Below are positions 10,989 through 21,589 of a DNA stretch of 64,000 nucleotides, in pieces (position 1 is the stretch's first letter; each line of letters begins with the position of its first letter). The position numbers were made by a program, and so were the translations under genes. Under the pieces are notes generated by a model, which saw only the letters and a program-made list of their open reading frames with translations, was not told the origin of the DNA and did no database searches. Source of the stretch: Longimicrobiales bacterium (GTDB lineage Bacteria > Gemmatimonadota > Gemmatimonadetes > Longimicrobiales > Gaopeijiaceae); NCBI GenBank assembly GCA_965116905.1, contig OZ220732.1, positions 4,064,001-4,128,000 of the forward strand, written 5' to 3'.

Positions 10989-11178
10989 CCGCGGGCAGAC
11001 CGGCCTTGTGGGTGGGGATGCGCGGACGCGAAGAGAGTTTCAGCTGAAACGCTTCCGCCCACTTCGGTCCGCTGGGATCGGATCATGCGGGCGCACGTGC
11101 TAGGGCACCGGGGTTTTCCTCCACCGGTTGCCAGCCTTACCTTCCGCAACGCTCGGTCACCCCTTATGAAGAGGCAGC

Positions 11179-12372
11179 ATGAAGATGGTACGCACCGGTT
11201 CCATACTCGTCGTTTCGGCCGCACTGCTCGCGGCCTCCGCCCCCGCCTGCGCCCAGTCCGACATCCAGCAATCGGACATCCGGCAGTCGGACATCCACCG
11301 GACGGCGCTCCACGATTACCGCGTGGTCACCGTCGCCGACGGCTTCGTGGTGCCCTGGTCGATGGCGTTCCTGCCCAACGGCGACATGCTGGTCACCGAG
11401 CGGGGAGGCACACTGCGCATCGTCCGCGACGGCATGCTTCTGCCCGACCCGGTCGAGGGCATCCCCGAGGTGGTCGCACGCGGACAGGGCGGCCTCCTGG
11501 AGGTGCTCCCGCACCCGGACTTCGCGACCAACCGCCTGATTTACATCAGCTATTCCAAGGCCACCGGCAACTCGCCCGGCGGCACGACGTCGGTGATCCG
11601 CGGCACCTTCGAGAACGACCGCTTCACGATGACCGACCAGATCTTCGAGGCCGTTTCCGAGGGCAACGGGCACTACGGGTGCAAGCTCGCCTTCGACGAC
11701 GACGGCTACCTGTTCCTCACGGTCGGCGACCGTCAGGCTCGCCCGGCAGGCGACCTCGCCGCCCACCCGGCCCAGGACATCCGCAACCACCACGGCGTCA
11801 TCGTGCGGCTGCACGACGACGGCAGCATTCCCGACGACAACCCGTTCGTGGGCCAGGTGGACGCGCGGCCCGAGATCTGGAGCTACGGCCACCGCAACCC
11901 GCAGGGGCTCGCGATCCAGCCCGGCACCGGCGCCGTCTGGTCCACCGAGCACGGCCCCCAGGGCGGCGACGAGGTGAACGTCTCGACCCCCGGCGCAAAC
12001 TACGGCTGGCCGGTGATCGGCTACGGCGTGAACTACCGCTCCGGCAGCGCCATCCATGAAGCGACGCACATGGAGGGGATGGAGCAGCCGATGCACATCT
12101 GGGTGCCCTCGATCGGCGCGTCCGGGCTGGCCTTCTACACGGGCGACAAGTTCCCGGAGTGGCAGGGCAACCTGTTCGCCGGCGGCCTCGCGGGTCAGCG
12201 CATCGACCGGCTCACCATCGAGGACGGGCGGGTCGTCGCGAGCGAGACGATTCTCCAGGGGATGGGCCGCGTGCGCGACGTGCGCCAGGGCCCGGACGGG
12301 TTCATCTACGTCGCCCTCGAGGCGCGTGGCGACGGCGAGACCCCGATCGTGAGGCTGGAGCCGGTCGGCTAG
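11179..12372 (+). CDS. PQQ-dependent sugar (glucose/sorbosone) dehydrogenase
   Basis: GQGGLL, SYGHRNPQG, EHGPQGGDE, NYGWP, RVRDV. Confidence 0.92.
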   Translation: MKMVRTGSILVVSAALLAASAPACAQSDIQQSDIRQSDIHRTALHDYRVVTVADGFVVPWSMAFLPNGDMLVTERGGTLRIVRDGMLLPDPVEGIPEVVARGQGGLLEVLPHPDFATNRLIYISYSKATGNSPGGTTSVIRGTFENDRFTMTDQIFEAVSEGNGHYGCKLAFDDDGYLFLTVGDRQARPAGDLAAHPAQDIRNHHGVIVRLHDDGSIPDDNPFVGQVDARPEIWSYGHRNPQGLAIQPGTGAVWSTEHGPQGGDEVNVSTPGANYGWPVIGYGVNYRSGSAIHEATHMEGMEQPMHIWVPSIGASGLAFYTGDKFPEWQGNLFAGGLAGQRIDRLTIEDGRVVASETILQGMGRVRDVRQGPDGFIYVALEARGDGETPIVRLEPVG

Positions 12373-12421
12373 GAGCCATCACGCCGGTTTCGGGACGAGA
12401 TCCGGAGAGAGCACGTTGCCC

Positions 12422-14449
12422 TCACATCTTCCCGAAACGCACCCCCTTCGTCCGGCCGTTCGACACGGTAAACCCGGTCACCGCGCCGCCGCCGGAGCGC
12501 TCGAACGCGATGGTGTTCAGGAAGATGAGTTCCGTCGAGAACTCGTCGCCGTCCGTGTGCTGCATCGCCAGCGGCTCAGCCATCTCGATATGGCTCAGGA
12601 CCAGGCCGCCGTCCTCGACCGCGACTTCGTAGAAGGTCTCCAGCTCCTCCGAGTAGTAGCGGCCGACGTACGCGGCGAGGTCCTCTTCGGCGAGTCCGGT
12701 CCGATCCACGCGCCGCATGGATATCTCGAGTCCGGACTGGACCAGCGTGCCCGTGCTCGTTGTGCCGTCGGCGTCGAAATCGAAGGTGAACTCGGCGCTG
12801 ACCGATGCGATCTCGAGGGTCGAGTCCGATGTCGGCCGCGCCGCGGTCCGGCCCTGCCCCTGCACGTCGACGAAGACGTCACCGTCCTCCACGGCAACCG
12901 TCATGGCCAGGGTGATGCCCTGCGTCTCGAGCACCCAGTCCCCCCTGATTGCCAGCTTGCGCGCGTCCGACATGCCCTCGTCCCCGGCCGACTCGTCCGC
13001 CGCGTCGTCGGCGTCGGCCTCGGCGGCGTCCTCCGCTTCGTCGTCGCCTTCGGCTTCGTCGAAATGCTCCGCGAAGAACATCTCGCCGATCTCGCCGCCG
13101 ACCGACAGGTCGAAGGCCGCGTTGTTGCTCATGAGGATCACGCCGCTCTCAAGCTCGGGGTAATAGCTCAGATAGGCGCGGTGCGAGACATCGCCGCCCG
13201 TGTGCGTGTACAGGGTGCGGCCGCCCTGTTCGCCCAGGCCGAGCCCCAGCCCGTAGCCGGTTGAGTCGCCCGACTCGAGGACCGCCGTGGTGGCGATGGC
13301 CTCGATGGCCTCCGGCCCGCCCACCGTCGCGTCGCGGTAGTTGAGCATCCAGCGGGTCAGGTCGTCCACCGTGGTGTAGACGCCCCCGGCGCCCGCCGAC
13401 GATGCGAGATCCCGCGTCGTCCGGTACCCGCCGCCTGCCTCCGGGCTGTAACCCTGGGCGCTGCCGGGAATGAGTTCGCCCTGCACCATCTTGACGCGGG
13501 TGTCCACCATGCCCAGCGGCTGGAAGACGTTGTCGCGCATGTAGTCCGCGAACGACTGCCCGCTCGCCCGCTCGATCGCCAGGGAGACGAGGATGTAGCC
13601 GGTGTTGTTGTAGTTCCACTCGGTGTTCGGGAGCGCCTGCAGTTCCGGCTGGCGCTGCACGATGGCGATCGCGCGCTCGCGGGAGAACGCGTCCTCGCCC
13701 TGGTGGCCGCCGATCGGCAGCAGGTTGTAGATCTCCCGGTAGCCGCCGGTGTGGTTGAGCAGGTTGCGGATCGTGACCGGGGTTCCGAAGTCGCGAAGCT
13801 CGGGGATGTGCGTCCGGATGTCGTCGTCGAGCGACATCTTGCCCTGCGCCTGGAGCGTCAGCACGCCCATCGCGGTGAACTGCTTGGTGACCGACCCGAT
13901 GTTGGAGATGGTCCCGCGCTGCCAGGGGATCCCGTGCGACAGGTTGGCCATCCCCACGGTGTGCACGTGCGCCAACTCGCCGTTGTCGACCACCGCGGCG
14001 ACCGCGCCGGGCCGGCCGTCGCCGTCGTAGACCGCCATCATCTGGTCGAGCCGCGCCGACGGATCGGTGGCAATGGGCTCGGACCGCAGCACGCTGAATC
14101 TGAACTCGCCGGCCTCATCGGTCGTGTCGTTGGCGGTAATCGCGACTTCGTAGGCGCCCGCCGCTTCGGTCTCGAACCGGATGGTCTCGACTCCGCGCGT
14201 GCGGCCGTCCACCTCGCTCACCGTTTCGCCGTCGGGGCCCGTGACGGTGACCGTGAAGTCGTTGGAGACCTGGTCCACCTCGGCCAGAAAGAACGTCTCC
14301 GCGTCCAGGTCGAAGGTGTGGACCTGACCGTCCGACTGCATCGGGGGCATGTCCGGGGCAGCGCAGGCCGCGGCGAGCGCGCCAAGCGCGGTGAGCGCGG
14401 TGAGCAGGATCAGGGTCGCAGGGGTGGCAGTGCTTCGCATCTTCATCAT
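12422..14449 (-). CDS. Serine hydrolase (beta-lactamase family), probable lipoprotein
   Basis: SVTK (SxxK), YNN (YxN), HTG motifs; lipobox-like AAAC. Confidence 0.88.
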   Translation of the reverse strand: MMKMRSTATPATLILLTALTALGALAAACAAPDMPPMQSDGQVHTFDLDAETFFLAEVDQVSNDFTVTVTGPDGETVSEVDGRTRGVETIRFETEAAGAYEVAITANDTTDEAGEFRFSVLRSEPIATDPSARLDQMMAVYDGDGRPGAVAAVVDNGELAHVHTVGMANLSHGIPWQRGTISNIGSVTKQFTAMGVLTLQAQGKMSLDDDIRTHIPELRDFGTPVTIRNLLNHTGGYREIYNLLPIGGHQGEDAFSRERAIAIVQRQPELQALPNTEWNYNNTGYILVSLAIERASGQSFADYMRDNVFQPLGMVDTRVKMVQGELIPGSAQGYSPEAGGGYRTTRDLASSAGAGGVYTTVDDLTRWMLNYRDATVGGPEAIEAIATTAVLESGDSTGYGLGLGLGEQGGRTLYTHTGGDVSHRAYLSYYPELESGVILMSNNAAFDLSVGGEIGEMFFAEHFDEAEGDDEAEDAAEADADDAADESAGDEGMSDARKLAIRGDWVLETQGITLAMTVAVEDGDVFVDVQGQGRTAARPTSDSTLEIASVSAEFTFDFDADGTTSTGTLVQSGLEISMRRVDRTGLAEEDLAAYVGRYYSEELETFYEVAVEDGGLVLSHIEMAEPLAMQHTDGDEFSTELIFLNTIAFERSGGGAVTGFTVSNGRTKGVRFGKM

Positions 14450-14509
14450 TCCTTCCCGACTGTTGTGAATGGGCCGGCCGGCCGTCGCGGCGAACGCGAC
14501 AGCGCGGAG

Positions 14510-15169
14510 TCAGCCGCTCTCTCTCCAACGAACCACCTCGATCGCATCCGCCCCTCCGCACTGGCTCGCCAGGGTGATTGCGCCCTCGACCACCACCTCG
14601 TCGCCGGGACTCAGTCCCTCCAGGTCGCCGCTCAGCGCGTACATGTACTGGTCGTTGTCGCGCAGCGTGACGCACCCCAGCCCCTCGTCCGTGATCCGGC
14701 CCGTCCGCTGCACCATCCCGTTCTCGTCGGTCACGTGGAACGGGTCCGAAATGCCGATGGGACTGAAGACGCCGTTGAAGACGATGAAGACCAGCGGACG
14801 CTCCCAGTTGGCGTAGCCGGGCACCCTGACCGTCGCCGACACTTCGCCCCAGATGTCCTGCGTGCCTTCGGCGAGCGCCTCGAAGCCCGCGCGCATCGCG
14901 CCGACCCCGACGTGGATCCTGGCCTGGGGCGGCAGGTTTTCGGTGTAGATCTCGACAACCGTGCCTGAAGGGCCGATCCTGGGCTCGACCGACTGGATGT
15001 GCCGGAGCGAGTCGATGGTCGCGTAGACGCGCTCGCGCTGGGCGGCGGCATCGGGGGCCGTGACGGCGGCGAGGAGCGGCAGCGTGGCCAGGGCGAGCAG
15101 GCCGCGGCGGGTCGCGGGTCGGATGCGGCGGGCGGGGCTTGGAATCGGGCGGGACTGGCGGGCGATCAT
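14510..15169 (-). CDS. Hypothetical exported protein
   Basis: Signal-like TRRGLLALA..AAAQ followed by a globular sequence. Confidence 0.6.
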   Translation of the reverse strand: MIARQSRPIPSPARRIRPATRRGLLALATLPLLAAVTAPDAAAQRERVYATIDSLRHIQSVEPRIGPSGTVVEIYTENLPPQARIHVGVGAMRAGFEALAEGTQDIWGEVSATVRVPGYANWERPLVFIVFNGVFSPIGISDPFHVTDENGMVQRTGRITDEGLGCVTLRDNDQYMYALSGDLEGLSPGDEVVVEGAITLASQCGGADAIEVVRWRESG

Positions 15170-15293
15170 CGGGGCACCTCCAACTGCGCAGGGCTTGGGC
15201 CGTGGCGCGACAGCGCACCGTGTCAACTTGTGGCGGCGGGGCGCGGGAAGCTAGTGTGCGCGCCGAGGCACGTGTCGGCCGAACAATGGAGAG

Positions 15294-16523
15294 GTGTTTG
15301 TGAACAAGAGAGCGGCGTTAGTCAACCGGAGAGAGGCCCTGGCGCTGATGGCGGCGGGTGTGGGCACGGCCGCCTGCGCGCCCGAGGGCGCGACAGACGG
15401 CGGTTCGGGGCCTGGCGAGGGCTCGAGCGTGGCACCCGGAGCGGGCGCTGGAAGCGGGGGTGACGGCGCGGCCGGGATCTGGGTGAAGGATCCCTCCCGG
15501 TTCGTCCAACACGGCACCAACCTCGAGACCCGCCTGGAGGACCTCGAAGGCTTCCTCACCCCGAACGACCTCTTCTTCGTGCGCAACCACGCGCCGACCC
15601 CGGTGATTGATCCGGCTTCGTATGTGCTGAGCGTGGGCGGGCCGGGGGCGGCGTCCGAGGTCCAGCTGACTCTGGACGATCTGCGCGCGCTGCCCAGCCA
15701 GACCCTGATCGCGTACATCGAGTGCGCGGGGAACTGGCGCGGCTTCTTCCAGTCGGTTACGGGGCGCACGGCGGCGGGCAGCCAGTGGGGCACGGGGGCG
15801 ATCGGGTGTGCCGAGTGGACCGGTCCCAGCCTCGCCGACGTGCTGGCGGTCGCGGGTGTGCGCGACGATGCGCTCGAGGTGAACGTGATCGGGCTCGACG
15901 ACGGCGCGTGGGAGCGCCCGATGCCGCTCGAGAAGGCACTCGACCCGGCCACGATTCTGGCCCTCACCATGAATGGCGAACCTCTGCCGCCCGATCACGG
16001 CTTTCCCGTGCGCGCGGTGGTCCCCGGCTGGGTGGGGTCGTCCAGCGTGAAATGGGTGGGGCGCGTCGAGGTGGCCACCGAGAAGGTGTGGGTGCGGGCG
16101 AACACGTCGTCGTATGTGCTGGTGGGCGAGGAGTGGCCCGCGGACCGGTACGCGCCCGCCGACGGCGCACCGATCACGACGGGCAGCGTGAAGAGCGCGT
16201 TGGCGTTGCCGCGGCCGGCTCGGCTGGCCCCCGGGACGCACAGGCTGAGGGGGTTCGCCTACTCGCCGCGAGGACCGGTGGCGAGCGTGGAGTGGAGCGC
16301 GGACGACGGACCGTGGGCGCCGGCGCGTCTGATCGGGGCGTCGGCCGATCATCCCTACGCCTGGAGCCGCTTCGAGTTCGAGTGGGAGGCGGGGGCGGGC
16401 GCACACGTCTTGCGCACTCGGGCCACCGACGCGTCGGGAGACACCCAGCCGCTGGAAGGCGTCTACAACGAGAAGGGCTACCTGCTGAACGTGGCGCTGC
16501 CACACCCGGTGGAAGTGGGGTGA
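15294..16523 (+). CDS. Sulfite oxidase family molybdoenzyme (SorA/SoxC-like), Tat-exported
   Basis: NRREAL Tat motif, FFVRNH, IECAGN Moco-ligating Cys, HGFPVR, SVKW. Confidence 0.9.
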   Translation: MFVNKRAALVNRREALALMAAGVGTAACAPEGATDGGSGPGEGSSVAPGAGAGSGGDGAAGIWVKDPSRFVQHGTNLETRLEDLEGFLTPNDLFFVRNHAPTPVIDPASYVLSVGGPGAASEVQLTLDDLRALPSQTLIAYIECAGNWRGFFQSVTGRTAAGSQWGTGAIGCAEWTGPSLADVLAVAGVRDDALEVNVIGLDDGAWERPMPLEKALDPATILALTMNGEPLPPDHGFPVRAVVPGWVGSSSVKWVGRVEVATEKVWVRANTSSYVLVGEEWPADRYAPADGAPITTGSVKSALALPRPARLAPGTHRLRGFAYSPRGPVASVEWSADDGPWAPARLIGASADHPYAWSRFEFEWEAGAGAHVLRTRATDASGDTQPLEGVYNEKGYLLNVALPHPVEVG

Positions 16524-16915
16524 ATGCCGCCAGGGGCCTCCGGCGTGCGCTGCCGATCGCCTCGACCTGCTGGCTCGTTGGCTGCTCTCCCGACGCCGAA
16601 GCGCCCGAGACCCCCGCGGTCGACGGCGAATGGGCCTACACGGTGCGCTGCAGCTACTGCCACGAGGTGCCGAACGGCATCGGGGCCGCCGTCACGCCCG
16701 GCGTGCTGGCGGCGTATTCCACGGTGGGGCAGCTCGACCGCTATCTCAGGGTGGCCATGCCGCACGAGGCGCCCGGCAGCCTGCCGGACGCCGAGTACGA
16801 CGCGATCCTCCGGTACCTGATCGAGAGCCGCGAGATGGTGCCCGGAGCGGCTGGCGACTGGCCGCTGCCGGATTCGACGCGGCTGCGGTCGTTGACCGGA
16901 CCGGGCGATGGATAG
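16520..16915 (+). CDS. Monoheme cytochrome c lipoprotein, likely partner of the molybdoenzyme
   Basis: GTG start overlaps upstream TGA; LVGC lipobox, CSYCH, distal MP..APGSL. Confidence 0.8.
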   Translation: MNAARGLRRALPIASTCWLVGCSPDAEAPETPAVDGEWAYTVRCSYCHEVPNGIGAAVTPGVLAAYSTVGQLDRYLRVAMPHEAPGSLPDAEYDAILRYLIESREMVPGAAGDWPLPDSTRLRSLTGPGDG

Positions 16916-16935
16916 AGGTCGCGATAGTCCAGTTT

Positions 16936-18153
16936 CTACTCAGGCAGGCTGGTCAGACGCCTGACCTCGGCGCGGGGAACATCGAAGACGTTCACGCGGC
17001 GCAGCAGAAGCAGGTCTCCAGTCGCGTCGAGCAACCTGTCCTCTCCTTCCATCCTGACCGTGAAGAGGAGTTGTGCCCGATCAATGTCCCACACCCGCCA
17101 GGTTACACTATCCTGATCCGGGAGGCGGTAGTCCCTCACCCAGAGTCTCGCGTCAAAGTCCGTCAGGAGCGTGTCGATCGGGGGCGCGACGTCGTTGATC
17201 GGCCAATCCGAATACTTTTCCGCTATTTCGGCGTCGTCCACACCTCCGGCGCCTTCGGGCAGCTGACCTCTTTCGGCGGCTCTTCTGAAGAACGCCATGA
17301 ACTCCTGCTCCTGCGTAACACGCAACTCCCGCCCAGCCTGCACCTGTGCCGCGGACAATCTCACGCCGGCCGGCATGGGAACCTCCGCAACCTCATTGCC
17401 GCTCCAATCCAGCACCGCGATGGCTCCGCGCTCGGTGTCGGCGATGATGAGACGGTCTTCCGTCGCGGCCTCGAAGGTCCGGTGCCCCATTGTCACGGCG
17501 TCGCTTCGATGATCTCCGTAGTACATCTCCTTGCCCTTCGCCTCTGCGATTCGATGGAGTTCGCCGTTGTCCAGGACCGCGACATACCAGGCCGGGTCCG
17601 AGAGGCGACCCATGCCAAACTCCATGAATCTGCCGGGCCCGTCACGAAAGACGATGTGGCCGTCAGTGCCAACGCCCACAGGACGGGAAGAGAAGACATC
17701 CTGAAACGGCACCTGCCTGTAGCTCCGCGAACTCAGAAACTCGCCGTCGTAGGCAATGAGCACCACGCGACGGCGAGGGAAGTCCCAGACCAGGATGCCC
17801 TGCGGCGCGTGGTTTGCGCGCGAGACGTGGCCGAACTCCTCTGGACCCTCCCCCCTCCGTCCGACCACACGAGTTTCACCGGACATGAGGTCGACCATGT
17901 GGATCTCGCCTCGCTCCACCAGCGCGAGGCCGCTGTCCGGCAGAAAGAGGCCGCCCACGATACCAGGTAGTTCGGAAAGGTCCGGATGCTCCGAGGAATC
18001 GAAGATGGACTCGCCCACCGTGCGGGTGGGAACGCCGTTTTCGGCAACGGCATCAGACCCGTCGTGAGTGACCGGGCCATTGGGTCGCAGGAGCACAATC
18101 GCGAGCACCCCCAGAACTGCGATCCCGACGATCCACTTCCTTCGGTCAGCCAT
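16936..18153 (-). CDS. 6-bladed beta-propeller hypothetical protein
   Basis: GRRGEGPEEF motif, N-terminal TM anchor, C-terminal DVPR. Confidence 0.75.
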   Translation of the reverse strand: MADRRKWIVGIAVLGVLAIVLLRPNGPVTHDGSDAVAENGVPTRTVGESIFDSSEHPDLSELPGIVGGLFLPDSGLALVERGEIHMVDLMSGETRVVGRRGEGPEEFGHVSRANHAPQGILVWDFPRRRVVLIAYDGEFLSSRSYRQVPFQDVFSSRPVGVGTDGHIVFRDGPGRFMEFGMGRLSDPAWYVAVLDNGELHRIAEAKGKEMYYGDHRSDAVTMGHRTFEAATEDRLIIADTERGAIAVLDWSGNEVAEVPMPAGVRLSAAQVQAGRELRVTQEQEFMAFFRRAAERGQLPEGAGGVDDAEIAEKYSDWPINDVAPPIDTLLTDFDARLWVRDYRLPDQDSVTWRVWDIDRAQLLFTVRMEGEDRLLDATGDLLLLRRVNVFDVPRAEVRRLTSLPE

Positions 18154-18245
18154 GATCCAGCTTGCCAATCGTGCATATTTGCAAATCAAATGCAAAAATG
18201 CGAGATTCAGAAGCACCAGTCGGCGTTCTTCCACGTGACACGGTC

Positions 18246-19466
18246 ATGACGAAATATATCCGCCGATCCCTCGAGCCGGTCCTCCAAAGAGCCGCCACGG
18301 AGTTCCCGGCCGTTGTGCTAACCGGCCCCAGACAATCCGGAAAGACCACGCTGCTCAAGCACCTGTTCGCCGGCAGCCACGGTTACGTGTCCCTCGAGCT
18401 TCCCGACATTCGGGCGTCCGCCGAGGGAGACCCGCGGTCCTTTCTCGCCCGCTTTCCCCCGCCGGTCATCTACGACGAGGTCCAGTTCGTACCCGGCTTG
18501 CTCCCCTACATCAAGGAACTCATCGACGAAGACCGCAGCCGGGCCGGACAGTTCCTGCTGTCCGGATCCCAGAACCTGCTTCTCAACGAGAGGATTACGG
18601 AGTCGCTACCTGGGCGTGCTGCGATCCTCCACCTGCTGCCGATGTCCGGACGTGAGGCCGTGGGCAAGGTCGACGCGCCCCTGGTATGGGAGGCGGATAG
18701 CGGGACCGGATCCAGACAGTCGCTGTCGCCCCGGGATCTCTGGCAACGATTCCTTCGAGGCAGCTACCCCGAGCTTGTGGCGAATCCCGAACGCGACCTT
18801 CATCTCTGGCACTCCAGCTACATCCAGACCTATCTCGAGCGGGATGTGCGCACCCTGCGCCAGGTCGGCGACCTCACCCGGTTCCAGAGCTTTCTGAGGG
18901 CGATCGCAGCGCGGACCGGGCAACTCCTCAACCTGAGCGACGTCGCCCGGGATCTGGGCGTCGCCGTGAACACTGCGAAGGCCTGGCTCTCCGTCCTGGA
19001 AGCGACGTATCAGGTGTTCATCGTGAGGCCCTATTTCGCCAACATCGGCAAGCGGCTGGTGAAGTCCCCGAAGGTCTACTTCGCCGATCTCGGCACGCTC
19101 TGCCACCTCACGGGCCTGAGGGACCCTGACCATGCCGCCTTCGGTCCCCTGGCCGGACCGCTAATGGAGGCTGCGGTGCTTGGTGAGATTGTGAAGACCC
19201 TGACGCACCGCGGCGAACGCCCGCACGTGTACTTCTGGCGAACCTCGGCCGGGGCGGAAGTCGACTTCATCGTCGATGCCGGTCGCGAGCTCATTCCCAT
19301 CGAAGTGAAGACGACGGCTACGCCACGCCCGGCGATGACCCGGGGAATCCGGGGCTTCCGCAACGACCTCGGCGAACGGTGCGGTCCGGGCTTCCTCATT
19401 CACGCCGGGCAGGGCCGGTTGCCAATGGCATCGGGCGTCACCGCCGCCGGATTCGCCGACCTCTAG
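18246..19466 (+). CDS. AAA_14 ATPase + DUF4143 protein
   Basis: GPRQSGKTT, DEVQ, KRLVKSPKVY, EVDF..IEVK. Confidence 0.92.
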   Translation: MTKYIRRSLEPVLQRAATEFPAVVLTGPRQSGKTTLLKHLFAGSHGYVSLELPDIRASAEGDPRSFLARFPPPVIYDEVQFVPGLLPYIKELIDEDRSRAGQFLLSGSQNLLLNERITESLPGRAAILHLLPMSGREAVGKVDAPLVWEADSGTGSRQSLSPRDLWQRFLRGSYPELVANPERDLHLWHSSYIQTYLERDVRTLRQVGDLTRFQSFLRAIAARTGQLLNLSDVARDLGVAVNTAKAWLSVLEATYQVFIVRPYFANIGKRLVKSPKVYFADLGTLCHLTGLRDPDHAAFGPLAGPLMEAAVLGEIVKTLTHRGERPHVYFWRTSAGAEVDFIVDAGRELIPIEVKTTATPRPAMTRGIRGFRNDLGERCGPGFLIHAGQGRLPMASGVTAAGFADL

Positions 19467-19636
19467 CTCCGCCACTCGTGTCAGCATTAGTACAGTTTAG
19501 CGCGTAAACTAAACTATGAGCCACACGGCACAGGAGCACACCTCTAGCAGGCACCCCGGGTGAGGTCCCGGCCGCAGCGGGCAAGCCGACCCAGCCGTGC
19601 CCCACCCCTCCGCCCTCCTACCCAAAAGCCCCCTCC

Positions 19637-21490
19637 CTAGCGCCCCTCCATCCACGCGGTCGACACCCCCTCGGGCGCGTTGTCCGCCACGTGCGCCGCC
19701 ATCTGGCGGACGAGATCGGCGTTGGTGAAGGGCGACCAGCCGTGGCCCTTCATGGGGGCGCCGTGGATGAACTCGCCGGCGTAGTAGGGATCGGTCGTGC
19801 TCTCCAGGAACTCCTCCATCAGGTAGACCGCGTACGGCAGGTAGAAGTGGTCCATCTCGGGGTTGTAGATCTTGATCTTGCCGACCAGATCCGGGCCGAT
19901 CCGCGACCAGTTCTCCTCGGCGTAGTGGCGCAGGTCGTAGCCGTTGTCGCGCATGTAGTACGCCACCTCGCGATCGATGATGCCGGTGTCCAGGTCCCAC
20001 AGCCGCTTCGGATAGCCGTCGTCATCGGTGGGTCCGTAGGCCGCATGCCAGGCGTCGAGCTGCCCGGCGCCGCGCCCCCGCGAGCCCTGCGCCACCTCCA
20101 GCTGGCTGATCTGGCGGTTGCTGCCCACCGGCTGTCCCTCGACCGTCCGCTGAAACATGCGCTCGGGAGCGCCAGGCACCGAACCCGGCACGATGAACGC
20201 GCTCTCGTCCTCGTAGATGTTCACCAGCTGGTAGCGCCGGAAGTCGATCGGATCGGGGTAGTAGGTCCACGTGCCGCCGTAGTACGTGGGGTAGTGGAGC
20301 ATCTTGGCGAGCGAGATCCAGCCGCCGGTCGAACCGCCGGTCATCACGCGCGCATACGGTTCGCCGATCAGCCGGAAGTTCTCCTCGATGTACGGGATCA
20401 GCTCTTCGTGGATGGCGTCGCCGTAGGGTCCGTTGTTGGCCGAGTTGAGGCCGTAGGAGTCGTCGAAGTAGGGCGTCGGATGCTGCAAGATGACCGCGAC
20501 CACGCGTGGGAAGTCCTCACCCATCCATGCCTGCGCGAATTCGTACCCCGACTCGCGCATTCCTCCCGCCTCGCGCCGCATCTGCGAGAAGAGCGCTTCG
20601 CCGGACGGCGGCTCGGTCGTGAACCCGAAGACGGGGTCCAGCTGGAAATGCCCCTCTTCGATCACGAGCGGGTAGCGCATGTCAGGGTTCTCGTCGAAGC
20701 CCCGTGGCAGCAGCACGACCGCGCCCAGGTACATGGGGTGGCCCCACCATTCGGACAGGATGTCGCTCTGGATCCTGACGCGCTTCACCCATTCCGTGTC
20801 GGGCGGCACCTCGATCGGCGGGAGCTCGCCGGTGAGTTCGAAGGTGATCACCTCGTCGCTGGCCGGATCGATCCGGACCCGGCGAGGCTCGCTGAAGTAG
20901 TTGCCCGGCGAGAAGGCCCAGCGCTGGCCCTCCCACTGGTCCTGCGGCGCCCAGATCGTGTGCCCGTCGGCACGGTTGTACTCGGTGTACACGTGAAGGA
21001 TCGCCTGCACCCAGTAGTCGCCGGCGGGGAGGCCGCCCAGTCGGCGGTACGGGTAGCCGTCGGCGCCCGCGTCGATGACCATGGCGTCGCCCGGGGCGGC
21101 CTGCTCGACATCGGCGGAGAAGAAGGGGACCTCGCCGTTGCGCTGGCGGGCCGAATTGTATCCGGCGATGCGCGGCTCGGGGTCGTTGGACGGCGCGAAG
21201 ACCGTGAACAGCCGGCCTGTCAGCGGGCCGTCGTGGAGCGCGGCGTCGTGCGTGACCTCGATACGGAGCTGGGCGGGCGCTGCGTCTCCCGAAGCCGGGT
21301 CGCCGGATGCGCCCCCGCCAGCCTGGGGCGCGGGCTGGCAGGCCGCGGCGGCCAAGGCGATGGCGGCCACGGCGGCGATGCGGGCGATGGGCCGGGCCGG
21401 GCGATCGGCGGGCGAGCGGGCGGGCATGTGGGCGGGCGTGCGAACGGGCGAGTGGGCGGGCGAGCGGGCGGGCAAGGACAGGGCGCGCAT
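19637..21490 (-). CDS. Putative esterase (alpha/beta hydrolase), lipoprotein
   Basis: GGSTGGW nucleophile elbow, NSANNGPYGD, AAAC lipobox. Confidence 0.75.
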   Translation of the reverse strand: MRALSLPARSPAHSPVRTPAHMPARSPADRPARPIARIAAVAAIALAAAACQPAPQAGGGASGDPASGDAAPAQLRIEVTHDAALHDGPLTGRLFTVFAPSNDPEPRIAGYNSARQRNGEVPFFSADVEQAAPGDAMVIDAGADGYPYRRLGGLPAGDYWVQAILHVYTEYNRADGHTIWAPQDQWEGQRWAFSPGNYFSEPRRVRIDPASDEVITFELTGELPPIEVPPDTEWVKRVRIQSDILSEWWGHPMYLGAVVLLPRGFDENPDMRYPLVIEEGHFQLDPVFGFTTEPPSGEALFSQMRREAGGMRESGYEFAQAWMGEDFPRVVAVILQHPTPYFDDSYGLNSANNGPYGDAIHEELIPYIEENFRLIGEPYARVMTGGSTGGWISLAKMLHYPTYYGGTWTYYPDPIDFRRYQLVNIYEDESAFIVPGSVPGAPERMFQRTVEGQPVGSNRQISQLEVAQGSRGRGAGQLDAWHAAYGPTDDDGYPKRLWDLDTGIIDREVAYYMRDNGYDLRHYAEENWSRIGPDLVGKIKIYNPEMDHFYLPYAVYLMEEFLESTTDPYYAGEFIHGAPMKGHGWSPFTNADLVRQMAAHVADNAPEGVSTAWMEGR

Positions 21491-21589
21491 GGGTCCTCCG
21501 GGGCTGCGGTGAACCGTCAAGGTGCGGGGGTGGCGAACGCGGCGGCAAGGGCGAGCCGGCCCTCCAGCGGCGCGCGGCCTGCGCCCCGC

